DNA from: Camelus dromedarius
Taxonomy: Eukaryota
DNA: 64,000 nucleotides
Reading direction: 5' to 3'
NCBI RefSeq assembly: GCF_036321535.1
Contig: NC_087437.1
Location: 3,782,001-3,846,000 of the forward strand
Shown: positions 43,160-55,859 of the stretch, piece after piece
Layout: every line of letters starts with the position of its first letter
How positions within the stretch are numbered: the first letter of the stretch is position 1
Notes under the pieces: model-generated
The model's input: the letters and a program-made list of their open reading frames with translations, nothing else
The model's database searches: none
What the model was told of the DNA's origin: nothing
Position numbers and translations under genes: made by a program

Positions 43160-43450
43160 CCGCGGGCCCGCGGGAGCGCCCGCGCGGCCGGGCGAAGAGG
43201 AGTGGCTAGCCGAGGCGGCGCCGGACGGGAGCCTCTCCCGGCGTGAGGGCGGCGACCCGAGGCAGGGCGGGCGGGGCGGGGAAGGGGAAGAGGTGAGGGC
43301 ACCGGTCTCGGGCGACCCGGCGGCTCGGCGCGGCTGCGCTGGTCGGCTCCGCCTCCGCCTCCTGCGCTCCGCCCTCCCTGCCGCCCGCCGCCCGGCGCTC
43401 CGCGCACCCCCGGGCCCGCCCCGCACTCCCGGGCCCGCCGCGGACCAAGC
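43160..43450 (-). other. ATP2C1: ATP2C1 non-coding exon 1 (5' end approximate)
   Basis: Donor CGG|gtgagt at 43160/43159, inside the CpG island, downstream of the ETS/NRF1 cluster and upstream of the exon-2 acceptor. Confidence 0.7.
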
Positions 43451-44178
43451 TTTGTCGCCACCACTTCCGCCGCCAGGGACGCGCGCGCACGCGCACTCGC
43501 ACGCTCGGGCGGGGACGGCGGAAGTGAATGGGGATGCAGCCACCCGCCCTCCTGTCCGCCCGCTTGGGGGGCCCCAGGCTGAGGGGCGCGGGGTCCGCGG
43601 CCCGCCCTGCGGCGGCTTCCCGTCGACCCCCGAGACGCGCACCCCGTTTCTACGCACCCGCCCGGCGCGAGGGTCGGAGAGCCGCCCGCCCCCTCGCGCC
43701 GGCCGCGCGTTCTCTGGAGGGTGCTTGAGCGACCGAGCGGCAGGGAGCCCCTCCCGCCGGCGGCCGTCACAATCCGGGCAGGCGACGGCGAGGGCCCCGC
43801 GGCCGCCCGGCAGACCCGTCACGGCGGCCCCGCGCCCACGGCTGGGCCGCGTCCTCGCCGGGCGACCTCCCGAAGTTCTGGCCCGACGAGGGTGTGAGCT
43901 CTGTGCCAGAGTGAAGCGGGCAAAGAGCCGCCTCCGAGACCCCGGCCTCGAGTGTGTGGGACGCGAGAGCCTGGACAGCCAGAAGCCTCGCGTCCCGAGA
44001 GGGGAGCCGAAGAGCCCCGCGTTCCCTGAAGCCGCGGGCTCCATCCTGTCCACTTGAACGTTTCACGCGCTCAGCGCCTAATCCAGACCCACAGTGAGTC
44101 GTTTTTGACGGACGGCTGACTTTCCTAAGACCTGTCAGGTCAGACGTGCAGTGACCTTAAGTCCCGTCACACCCAGAT

Positions 44179-44192
44179 CCGCTAGAGGGCAG
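44179..44192 (+). promoter_or_regulatory. Candidate CTCF site CCGCTAGAGGGCAG
   Basis: Close match to the CTCF core CCASYAGRKGGCRS at the edge of the CpG island. Confidence 0.55.
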
Positions 44193-44899
44193 GCCCACAC
44201 CTGCTGAGATGAGCGCATCCTCCAAAAAAGCCTGGCGACCATGAGAGAAAGGCCCTTCCTTAAAGGCTAGAGGTATTTTTTTCCAGCGACAGTTACACAC
44301 ATTGAACATTTTGCCCCTTATCTCGGGTCCTTTAACGTATCCCAGTATGCTTTCTGACCACGTGTCTAACGTCCAAATAAACAAATGGACCGGGTTACCT
44401 GTTCTCCTGTGTTTGGTCCCAAGTGGAACTAGTTTAGGATCAAAAATTTCGGGCAGCTTTATAGATTTACTTTTAAGAAACATTGAGGTCACTTTTAAAC
44501 TTCAAAAAAGAAACCCTAAAAATCAGGAGAAGACAGATTTCTAGTCTCAGAGTTAATGTCTATGACCCACCTTTGGCTTGCTGCATGCTTAATGACTTTG
44601 TCTAGCGGTGTTATATGTAAGCCTGTCATTGGTACAGCAGTGAATGTACTATTGTCTCTTGCTCAATGTTATAATCAATTTGTAATGATTATTAGTTACT
44701 ATACTTACCAGACCTTGACACCACAGCATCATATTAAAAACATAAGAAAGCATCTAAATTAGGAATCGTACAGATGTAGACATTATTAACATATGATTTT
44801 ACAAAATGGAGGGTAATTTTCTATTGGATTGTTTTAATTACCTCCAACATTTTATCTGAGGCAGCATTTCAAAATTTCCTGTTGTGCACTGCAATATTA

Positions 44900-47830
44900 C
44901 TGCATTAACACTGAATCCCTAATTAACTACCCCCCCCCATGTGGGTTATATCTGCAGGAACTTATCCTGGAGTTATACTCTTTGGCTGCCTAAATAATAA
45001 AGCCATTATTCCTATTGCCAAGCCAAAGAAGAAACTGGATAACACCAGCATTGACCAGAAGAATTGTTACATACTCATCCTTAATGCACTGTCAGTCATC
45101 TCACAAATTCCAAGGTTTGGGAGCAGCAAAAAGCCTTAAAGGAGAGCTATTTCAGCCACCTAGCTGATCTGTAAGCCTCATCAACATCTCTCTGCAGAGT
45201 GATCCTCTATTCTATCCCTACACACCTTTTCCACCAAGCTAGCCAATACCTGTAGCACGAACTTTGACTTCCTACAAATATGAAAGATAGCATTTATTAA
45301 CAATATGCAAGCTAAATCAGTGGGCAATGCTTGGGCCACAAGCTTCAGAAATCTTCCTTCTCCCAGCGTTTCCTCTTCTGACCAGCTAACCTCCCATGAG
45401 ACTTTTGTGTAGCAATCTCCATCTCCTCATCTCAGGGGAAGGAGACTGAAATACAGGTATACTGCATTACATACATATGCAAACATACGCATCTACGTGT
45501 GTATACACGTTCACATACATACATTCATGGGGTTCTGTATATAGATACAGGAATAATAACTACCATTTTTTCCCTCAAAAGACTGTTGTGAGGATCTGAT
45601 AAAAATGAAGACAGGTTGTGAATTATAAGCACTGCAAAAGTTTAAGATTGTCATACAGAGAAACGAGCAAAAGCGTGGACTGTTACTAGCTAGAATGAGA
45701 CTGATGACAACAAAATGTATTACATTTGTTTCATTTTAATTCTTCTTTAGTAATCAGTGCTATAAAAATCTTTCCTGTCATTTTGCTCTGAATATTTAAC
45801 CTGCAAAATTAAATATATCTCATGGAAAAAGTAGTCACTCATGAACAACAGAGGGGAAATTTGTCAGGCATCTCTGCTTGGGGGAAGTATTACAAATAGG
45901 GAAAATTGAGGAAGGACAGACATGATGTTCCAATTTTATTTATACTGTGCCTTATTACACAAAGGAAGTGAGGCATCCTGTTCTTAATATCAAATTTGAT
46001 AGCTGGCATTTTTAGAAACCTGGATGATAAAGAAATATGTGGCCTTTAGGATTTAAAATTAATTTGGAAAAGGTTATTTAAAAATCTTTCCTTAATGTCT
46101 TATTTTAAAGACTGTTGTAACACTGTTTTAAGTACCAAAGTTTAATTATTAAGGACTTTTTACCTAGCTGCAAGAAAAGAGTTGTCATTTTTAAGTTGAA
46201 TATTTTAAAAGCATATAAAGCTACAACACTATATTTTTACAAGTTTACCTACTTCAGCAGAACAACAGAAGCATTTTCTTTTTATGAGATAAAGGACATT
46301 CTAAGGGTCAAGTTTGGGGAAATACCGAGTCATTGCAAGAAGTGTCATATGAAATGAGTGTCATAACAACCATCTGTCAGAATTGCTGTAAATCTAATCA
46401 GTTCTGTGTCTTAGCTGTACTGAAAGAGTAAAAACTGGAAACAAAAATAAAAAGCAAATGGGCTCAAAAATGAGCAAAAGAAACTAAGAAATTTAAAGTA
46501 TACTCTTAATTTTTATGTTTAAAGAAGTTTATTTCAAGTATGACTCAATTTCCCCATCGATGGGTTCTGAGCATGTGGTGATACCTGGAATCCTTGGTAT
46601 GCAGTGCTGCCTACCTTCTGGGCTGGAGAGGAGAGTAGGTGCGGTGCCGGTAAGTGAGGGTGAGAAAGGGTGGGAGGAGGAGCAAAGTGAGTGTGAGTCT
46701 CACTTTCAAGAGCCGACTCTGGACTTTATTATTTCCGTGGAAAACAGACGTAGACTATTCCATATTACATACACCCCAAGATTAGTTGAAATAAAAATGC
46801 ACCCTTTAAAAAGATATTCTGTCCAGTTTCCAAACTGGCAAAATGCATTTCTGTTCCCAAAATATTTTATCTATAGTAAATATATAAAAAAGATCTATTG
46901 CATAAATGGATAATCTGGAAACTAGCCATCATAAATAAATATTTTTTGCTAAATGAGTAAACATAATCCCAACTTTGACTTTGATACTTGCTTCCTATGA
47001 TCAAACTAAAACTTGAGCTTCTACTTTCCTGTAAAGCAAAGGAAAGTTAAGGGATTTTCAAAGTTGAAATGAACTCACATCTGCAAATACCAGAAGGGCT
47101 AGCTAGGACACCTTGAGCTGAATAGAAGTACTGATCATTGCAAGAAGTGTTCAATATTGAGCACTGCCAACAGCAGATGAAATTTCACTCTTGGATTCTG
47201 AACCCAGATAACCATTTGAAATTAAAAGATAACAATGTTGAGGTGGTTGCTTTCACACAAGTAGGAAATTTCAGCTGAGTTTGTGCTTTGGATTTTTACG
47301 GAATGCGTATCCATGCCTGACAAAACCAAGAGCACTGTAATTTCCAACACAGTCTTCAGTTATTTCCTTAGGGACCACGGCTTCTACTCTTAATTCTTGG
47401 ATAAGACAGTTAGGAGACTAGGTGTAAGCACCAGGCCTTAGAATAGGAAAGTAAGTTAAATTGCTCCTGGCCAGTATCTCCTACTAACTTTGAAAGCCTT
47501 ACTGATGGGTTGGTTGTCATAAATAGTTGAACTTATTGGACAGATTCCATATTAGGTCTGCTGGCCCCCTGCTGTGTTTGCAGTAATAGCCTAGCCTCCT
47601 CCCTCTGTTTAAATGCTTTCTCAGTTTCACATCAGGGACATTTTCAGTTTCTCTTTATTCCGCTGCACACCAGGGTCTGAGACAGCTTTGGGAAAGGCGG
47701 CATTTCCTCAGACCTCCAAAATGGTACATTGTGCACTTAAAAGTTTTCTACCCAACCATTTTCTAGAAGTCAAATATTTTTTTGCAGAGCTTGCATCTTT
47801 GCCTGAACTTGTCCCAGGTCCTTCCAGGAC
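44900..47830 (+). mobile_element. Highly decayed L2/CR1-group LINE ORF2 (reverse transcriptase) fossil
   Basis: Colinear degenerate RT motifs read by eye across stops and frameshifts (see findings). Confidence 0.5.
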
Positions 47831-48654
47831 CCCTGCAGAAATCACCTCTCTCTGCTGTGCTTCCTATTGTGAGACCGAATGAGAAAAAAGGCACCAAAAT
47901 GCCACTATGATAATAAATTATAGAGGGAAATCCACAGCACAGAGATTGCCAAAGCTCTGTGAAGATCCTGAAGGTTAGCCCTGAACAATCAAGCAAAAAG
48001 ACCCTACTCCCACTGCGCACCCTGCACAAAATAGGGAACCCACACCAAAGAGATCGTTCTCAAGATAGATGATATAAAAGGGGAACTGCAAATTGGAGGA
48101 AGGAGCTTTCGCAACACGAGCAAATTGTTAAAACTTTAGGTTAGGAAATTCATCACTGCAAAAGAATATCAGGTGGGAAATTAGATTAGCAGCATTTATG
48201 GTATACCCCCAGACAACTTTATATTGCCTTTCTAGGTTATAAAAGGCAATGTTTATGTAGCCTATTTCAAAAGATGCTTCAAATAATTTAATATTGCCAA
48301 ATGTCCTATATTTGGGAGGATTAGCAAAACAGGGATTCTGGAAAGAAAGAGCTTTCTGCAGGCCAGGAGCAAATAAGCTGAAGTGCAAACTTGGGGCTTG
48401 AACTGGCCCAACCAGCCCACAGTTCAAACCATTGAATGCAAAACTATTTTCTAAGAAATTGCTACTTCAACTCCTGGTGTTCTAAGTGGGTGGTGTCCCA
48501 CCCTAGAGTGTTTAACAGGGAGCTGACAAACTAGAAATGGCATCAGGCCCTGTGAGGGGAGTACAGGGACCTCTGTTACATTCCAAATGATAAGGTGCAT
48601 CTTGTAATCAATGTTACAGTGACCCTCAGGCACCAGCTCCGGGACCATTAGTCT

Positions 48655-48810
48655 AAGCTAGTGTGTTGCATAGTGTGGCCCCCACCACCAGCAGCCTCAG
48701 CACCCTTGGGAACTTAGAAGGGGTGTGCATTGTCAGATCCCACCCGGACCTACTGAGTCAGAAGTTCTGGGGGTTGGACTCAGCAATGTGTGATTTAACA
48801 AACCTTCCTT
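48655..48810. mobile_element. MER5A
   Basis: agtgtggcccc..accagcagcctcagcacccttgggaactt...cctactgagtcagaa..tctggggg. Confidence 0.8.
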
Positions 48811-51078
48811 TCCCCCCATAGCTCTGAATGCTGCGGAGTACCGCAGACATTACCCCTCCTCCTCGTGGAAAAGCAAACCCCAAGGAGGGCAAAAGAGTGA
48901 CAAGAGGAAGCCAAGTCCTTTAATACAAAATTAGGATAACAAATCCACCAACCCGGGGGGCCCGGCCTACCACAGGACTTCCTTTACTATGAGATAACAC
49001 TTATTTTCTGTTACTTGCAGCTGGAAGCCACCTAATTGACAAAATCTTAAATGAGAAAAAATAGTTTACTTTAGATAAATTGGTTAAATATTAGTTGGCT
49101 GATGCTTAGGCTGCTCCTACACAAGTTAAAAGAATTCAATATTATATGACATATTCAAGTGTTAAAATGTTAAACTACTTAAACTGCCAAAGGCAATGTT
49201 AATCAATGGGAAGTTACAGAGTAAGATGTAAGTCAAAAGCGCTAAACAAGAGAGTGTTACTGTTTAAGTGATTTCCATACTAGCACATAAACTAAAAAAT
49301 TGGCTATTGATTGCAGAAGCTCCTCTGACGGGTTTTTCTCATTTCAAATTAGGAGTATTTTTAAATTATGTAACTGTCCATTATACATGGAAACTCATTA
49401 GATTTAAATTTTTTAATTTTCTTATATAGTTGTATGCCCTAATACCAGACTTTTCTTGCAAAATTCTTCAACTAATGACTATTTAGTGATAGCTTCTAGT
49501 ATGAAATTGCTAGAATTAAATTAAGTTTACACCTTCCTAAAGTATGACAGTCATTTTTCAAGACACTTGACAAAGATCTTTATTATTATGAGGTTTGCAA
49601 ATCAGCTTGTTTCTATTTTCTGACTGAAAGCAGTTAAAATGCTATGACATTAAAAATCTACTTGTATTCTTCTGTAGTTTAAATGATTAAATTGCTCATT
49701 TTAACCCTAGAAAAGTGCTTACAAAGGTAAAGATGCCAACATTGCACATTTGATTAGCAAATTTAAATTACTTTTAGGGAAATGAGAGTCAATTTTCAGT
49801 AAACAGCCACCAAAACTACACATTTGTTTCAGGTTTTGCAGTTGACATAATACTTCCATGTACATAATTAAATTTACTCCTAACAACCCTGTGAGGTAAG
49901 CAGACTAGATCTTGGTAATTGCTTTTATAGCTGACCAGGCTGAGACCTACGGAGCTCCTCGCACAAGAGTGACTCACTGTTTGGCATCAAAGCTGGGAGT
50001 CAGATTCCCATCTTGGCTTAAGCTCCTGTGATGCTTCCACAGTGACGCTTAGAGAACGTGGGGCTGCTGCCCTCCTTACTGAACCACCTCTTATAGTTTA
50101 TCATTTTGTTTTGTTAAATTCCTGCATCTTTCAACTCAGTGGGGCACCCTGAAACCTTGATAGCCGTTAATTCCCGAGCCTAGAACATCTGCCCCTCAGC
50201 TCGTTTGATGACATTCAAGAGTGTATTAATTCATAAGGACTTGGTTTTAGAACATCCCTGGGCCTTGTCTACCTCTATTCATTGGTTCTTATTTAGGCCT
50301 GGGACTCCATCACTGGGGAAATCATGCTCCAAGCTGAAGACGTTATAGAATCTCTTGGATTTATCACCTCAGAGTTGAAAGTTACTGTGAAAATGGGAGT
50401 GTTATAAGTAGATAATCACAGACAGGCATTTTAGAGAGATTGTTCGGTAAGTAATTGAGGCATGTTCATTAACATGCTTTATTGAAAAATCAACAACACA
50501 TGTTAAACACATGTTCTAAGATTCTAAGAGCCACTAAACAGTATTAGGAATACTGATTTCCTCTTACCAAGTGGTAGAAATTTTCTTTATTCAGAGTCTT
50601 TATAATTATATTTATATATTTACCAGAGCAGGGGCCAGGGAAAAACTGAGAGATTTATTTTTAATGTTAAGACCTCATAATGGCTTTAAATAGGATGGAG
50701 GGCATAACTATTCCACCTTTTTTATATTCCATAATTTAAATCAGTAATTAAAATTGTCAGTTACTACATCAGTTTAATCAGTAAACAGCTACAGAAGAAG
50801 GAATTAAAGAGATAACATATTTTAGAGTATATTCTTATAGCGAAGACCTCGTTGAACGACTTCTTGGTTACTAAGCATTATGTAATGCCTCCAGGCCTGG
50901 GGCAACTGTGGTTGAAAGTGACCCATAGGAACCCGTGAAGTTGTAAGTCATCATCACTGTCCCCCTGGCTTCAGCAATGACTCTCCATCTTCTAAATGGC
51001 ACATGTGCTATTCTTAAGAAGGTATGGCAACCCCTGTCCACTTTGATTTTAAAAATATGCTCCATCAAATGATCTACA

Positions 51079-51230
51079 GTAGTGGTTCTCAAACTATGGT
51101 CCCCACCATGGAACATTTTTTAGAAATGCAAACTGGGGGGCTCCACCTCAGACCTACTGAATAACAAGTCCGGGAGTAGGGCCCTGCGTTCTGTAGTTTA
51201 GTCCTTCAGGTGTTAAAGTTTGAGTACTGA
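51079..51230. mobile_element. MER5A-like
   Basis: agtggttctcaaactatggtcccc...tagaaatgcaaa...cagacctactgaat. Confidence 0.75.
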
Positions 51231-52476
51231 TTTCCAAGAGACAAAACTTCCATGTAGAAATATTTTGGTTGTGCTCATTGTCCTCAATCCTGAAGAACAG
51301 ATTGAGAGTGTGTATCAAAATTTTAAACCTCCTCTAGCATTCTTTAATCATTTAGGGCTTTGAACTTCTTTGAGTAGATACCTGTTGGCTTAAAACCAGT
51401 TATTTTAAAAGACCGAGCAAGAGAAAAGGCATTGAGCCCATAAAGAGATCCTGCTTCTCCCCTCTTAAGTAACCCTGAGCATCCCATCAGCCCAGCCCTG
51501 GTCAGCGGGACGGGGCAGTGGCAGCATTGCCAGCTATGAAGTTGGTCTTTGTTTTCTTATTTCAGGTCAGGACTTTGGAACCATGCTTCTTTGACCAGGT
51601 GTCAGAGCAGCACCAGTTAGGTGGAAGAAGTGGGGAAAGCTTCATAAACAGAAAATGCCATTCTCTTGAAACACCGTATTCCTCAGGGAAATAGTTTCAT
51701 CCCTTAAAAACACCAACAAAGAAAATTCAGGTGTACTTAGAGGCCATAGTCTTGTCTGGTGGTAAACAATATAATAGGAACAATGGTACAGGGCACAGGT
51801 ATAAGGACTGCCTACACTTAAGGACGGTTCCTCATACAACAAAGGAAGGAGGAGTAGATGAGTCATGAGTTTCCACTAAAAGGAAAATATACACGAGAAA
51901 GTTGGATGTTCGAATACGTTACCAGTGAGAAATCCAACAGAAAGGTGGTTTTATCGAGAGACAAGTTATAGTAACTATGTTATAATTGCAAATAACAGAT
52001 GAGTTTGCTGAAGCTTGATTACATCTTAATGAATTCTTAAAGACTTTCTTTAGTGCTGCTATAATTCTGCTACTGTGTAGTCTTTAACAGCAATAACATG
52101 CTCTTTCTCTACGTGTTAACTGGCCTGCTTGGAAGGGTAGTAAATGGTGTATTTAATATTAATTAGCCCACTATAAGAGTTTTGAGATCTATTGTATTTG
52201 CAAATAATCCTGTTACAAATAATAAGTCTTTGCAAATATAAATGGTAGGTGGCGGGGGGAGCTTTGAGTTTTAGCAGTACCAGAACATCTCCATCTCCAC
52301 GGTGCTATTTACTATAGAACAAAATACACTGAAAGAACATCCTCTACTTCATTCAATAGGTTTGGGAATTCACACTGCTCACGGAGGACCTCATTCATTA
52401 CTTTGGAAGACGCCCTATGGCATGGACCATCACGTATGGTGGCACAACACCTTTTTTGTTTTTAATACCATTCTTC

Positions 52477-53341
52477 TAGAGCTGGATTTTCTTGGAAACC
52501 AAGGAAAAAGAAGTTTCAGGGCCCCTCACTTGCAGATGCCCCTTAAAAGGTCCTACAAGAGACCCGAGCAATCGTCTCATGGTTTGGTAAAATTAGCAAA
52601 AGATGTTTTAACTGCACTTGATTTTAGAGCACTGCTTTTGCTGACTTGCCCTCCTTCACACTTCTGTCGGGTAGCACTGGAGCAGCCAAGGGCAACACTT
52701 TGGATCTGGCTTAAAGGAAGTTGAGATGGGGTACGTTTAGCTTTCATTTGGATTTAGTGATGTATAAATGTGGCTTGTAGTCATGTCTGTGTAGGGTTAA
52801 GTTATCGCCAGCTGTCCTGGCAGAGAAAGGACGTGTAGGAATAGTCCTACTACCTGCTGCACTAAATCACAAGACCCGATTCCTCTTTACATGACTGTGT
52901 CCTGTGGGGCCCCGCACCTGAAGTACGTGGGTGGTGAGGGAGAAAGAGAGCCAGAAGCTAGCCTATGGAACTTTTCTAGACTCTTAATAAAAAACAAATA
53001 TAAATTAACTATGCTAGTTGTACCTGAATTATTGTTCGATGATCTTTTTAGAAAATACTAGAAAATAATTTTCACATGAAATGGTTGTGATTAATGACTC
53101 TGTAGCCCAAAAATGTAGGATCAAAACATTATAGGATACGTCAGTGATTTAGCAGAAGTGCTTGCTTTTTTTTGGATTTTGTGATGTTTGTTGTATTTTC
53201 ACTCTAATTTGTAATTTGCTCTGATTTCTTATTCCATCCTGTGTCCTCACTTTGAATCTAATTTAATATTTACAATTTTGTATTCTTTTTCTTAAAAGAA
53301 GTTTCCCGAAATTGAATAACCTTAACGCAGATCTCCACCTG
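52477..53341. mobile_element. MER53-related hAT element (long form)
   Basis: MER53-like ends: ttcagggcccctcacttgca at left and ttttgtattctttttcttaaa...gatctccacctg at right, about 860 bp apart. Confidence 0.55.
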
Positions 53342-53509
53342 AAAGGATTTAAGGTGTCTTCCCTGCACAATAGTTATGGTGGTTTTATTTTTAACCCCCT
53401 TGTCCTAAGTAAATAAAATACCAAGGGTAAAAGGAAGAAAAGAAAGGAAGATGCAAGGGGAAGAAGTGGAGAAACGGACCCCAAATGGGGAGGTAACTCA
53501 GTAGGAGGC

Positions 53510-53730
53510 AGTGAATCAGGCTGAGGAGTCAGACAGGCAAACCTGGGGTAAAGTCTTACTGCCATCACTTACAAGCTTTGCCCAAGTTATCTCACCTCTT
53601 TAAACTTCAGTCTTCTCATCTATAAAATAAGGGTGATACCACGAATTTTGTAAGGTTATTATTATTAGATTAAATGACAATGCATGTAAAGGACGTTGCC
53701 AAGCGCCTGGCACATATAAGGCACTTAATG
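53510..53730 (+). mobile_element. MIR SINE
   Basis: ggagtcagacag..acctggg...aagttatctcacctct...cttctcatctataaaat...gcctggcacata. Confidence 0.85.
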
Positions 53731-54659
53731 AAAATTTAAAATTCCCAATTCTTGAATGCATAATCCAAGTTGTATTTCTTGAAAAAAAAAAAAAAACTTA
53801 CTAATATGCTGTTTTTAGGATGAGCAGGAAAGAAAGAATTCCATCATTTTTCCTGCTCTCTTCAGAGCAAATTCTGAGCAGTACAACATATGTGGGAAGC
53901 TCATTTCTTTCTCTGTTAAGGCATGGAACTATTTGTACAAGGTGAGAAAATACATCATCTTCCATTCTGAACAAAAGTTAGCAAATAAAATGGTGCACAC
54001 AAACCGTCTAAGAAGTGGAATAGGATAGCAGATTTAGGAATCTGCATAAAAAACTACACTGTGTTTCACAGAAAAAGGGTTTTACATTTGAGTTAATGTG
54101 ATTATTCCAAAGACAAAGGATTTGGTGTCCATCCATTTCCTGACTGCTGTGTTTCCAAGGCCTCTGAGCACAGTAGATTAGGAGAGTTTAGAAGCAGATA
54201 ACAAGATTAGAAGTAGCTCAAAAGTCAACTCAGGGTGCAGGTGTCTCCAGGTATGTCTAACACTTCCTGGCTGTGATAATAATGTGGACAAGGGTGGAGC
54301 ACCTTCAGAAGGGACAGTAATGAGCAACGACATTGTCAGCATTAAATGCAGGAAAAAATGAGTTGAAGGTAAAAGAGGCTTGAGGTTGAGGGGAAAAAAG
54401 TGGTTAAAATGCCACAAAATCACCTGAAGTTTCTCAGTGTTCCTGTTCATCAGTGACTGCACAGGTATACTTAGTTTTTTATCCTTATACTGGAGGGGGT
54501 TATAAAGCCTGTAAACTGTGGGCGCCAGGAGTTCAGTGGTGGATCAGGCTCAGCAAAGCTAGTCATTGATGTGAAAGCTTTTCCCCTGAGGTGTTGTCTG
54601 GATATAGCTGTTTCCTTTCCTTGATGGAGGGTGACATGCTACCTCAATCTCCAAAGACT

Positions 54660-54826
54660 TTTTTTTCTTTTTCTTCTTCTTTTTTCAGCTTTTGTTGTTG
54701 TTGTTTTGGGCGTAATTAGGCTTATTTATTTATCTGTTTACTTGTTAATGGAGGTACTGGGGACTTGACCCCAGGACCTTGTGCACAATGAGCATGCGCT
54801 CTACCCCTGAGCTATGCCCTCTCCCC
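54660..54826 (-). mobile_element. tRNA-Ala-derived SINE (camelid Vic-1-like), second copy
   Basis: aatggaggtactgggga..gacccaggaccttg...gcatgcgctctacccctgagctatgccct, homologous to 22108-22224. Confidence 0.85.
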
Positions 54827-55503
54827 TCTGCCCTCCCCTATCCCAAAACATCAGATTCTGTCTTCTTTGGCCTCAGATTCCAGAGCGGCATGACCAGACT
54901 GTGGCATGCTTACCACTAACCAAGTAAAATAGCTGTGCTGTAACGGAGGCACCTGGGCCTGGGTTGTTCCTAAGGTGCCTGAGTTGTCCATCTTTCTCTT
55001 GCTCTAGAGCTGCTGCACCAGAATCTCAGGGCTGGAGGGGGCCTGACCGGTTGGTCATTCAGTCTTCTCTTCCAGGATGCAGAACCTGTCCCTTCAACAT
55101 CTCCCGAGGAGAGGTCACATACCCTGCCCTATGCAAAAGGTGGCCCATTCCTGTACCTCTCCTTTAAGGTAGTGTGTCCTTATCACTGTGTCACCTCTCC
55201 CAGCAATTCTGCCCAGTCGTTATGGTCATTTCCTCTGGAACCTCCCAAATGCACCTCCATTTTCCTCTATGAATTAGCCCGGGGAGGGGGGGTCTTGTGA
55301 AACACACAAGAAACAAACAAATACCAGACACGGAAACAGCCAGATCCCAGAGCAGGATGGTGCATCCTCTCTGATAGGGAAGACCATTTGGGGAGAGGGA
55401 AGGACATGGGGGAAGGACATGGGGTGGGTACTGATGGCTGGAGGGCTATTCACCCTCACGCAGGTGCTTGGTCTCAGTTCTCAGGCATTTACAGGTCACG
55501 CAG

Positions 55504-55859
55504 TGCTGCAGACAGTATTTGTGTCCCTCAAATACTTGGGCTGAAATCCTGACCCACAGTGTGATGGTGTTAGAAGGGGCCTTTGGTAGGTAACAAGGTC
55601 GTGAGAACAGGGCCCTCATGAGTGACATTAGTGACCTTATAAAGGAGAAGCCAAGGGGTCCCTCCTCCCCTTCTGCCACGTGAGGACACAGCCCAGAGGT
55701 CAGCGTCTGACACCAGGAATGGGCTCTCAGCAGACAGCAAGTCTGCCGGCCCCTTGATCATCGGCTTTCAGCCCCAGAACTGTAATAAATAAATTTCTGC
55801 TTTTTATTAGCTATTCAGTCCGTCAAATTTTGTTATAGCAGCCCGAACAGACTATGGCA
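55504..55859 (+). mobile_element. MLT1A-type solo LTR
   Basis: tttgtgtccctcaaa...gtgatggtgttaga.ggggcctttgg...aataaatttctg...tttgttatagcagcccgaacagacta. Confidence 0.88.

Larger units (their letters stand above)
42700..44120. promoter_or_regulatory. ATP2C1: CpG island, proximal housekeeping promoter of ATP2C1
   Basis: Very GC- and CpG-rich block against an AT-rich background. ETS/GABP motifs at 43462-43469 and 43519-43526, NRF1 motif CGCGCACGCGCA at 43484-43495, GC box at 43507-43514. Confidence 0.93.

Noticed and set aside
43064..44066. Long overlapping ORFs (329, 254 and 204 aa)
   Set aside because: Arg/Pro/Gly/Ala-rich and open on both strands: the usual stop-codon scarcity of a CpG island, with no recognisable domain.
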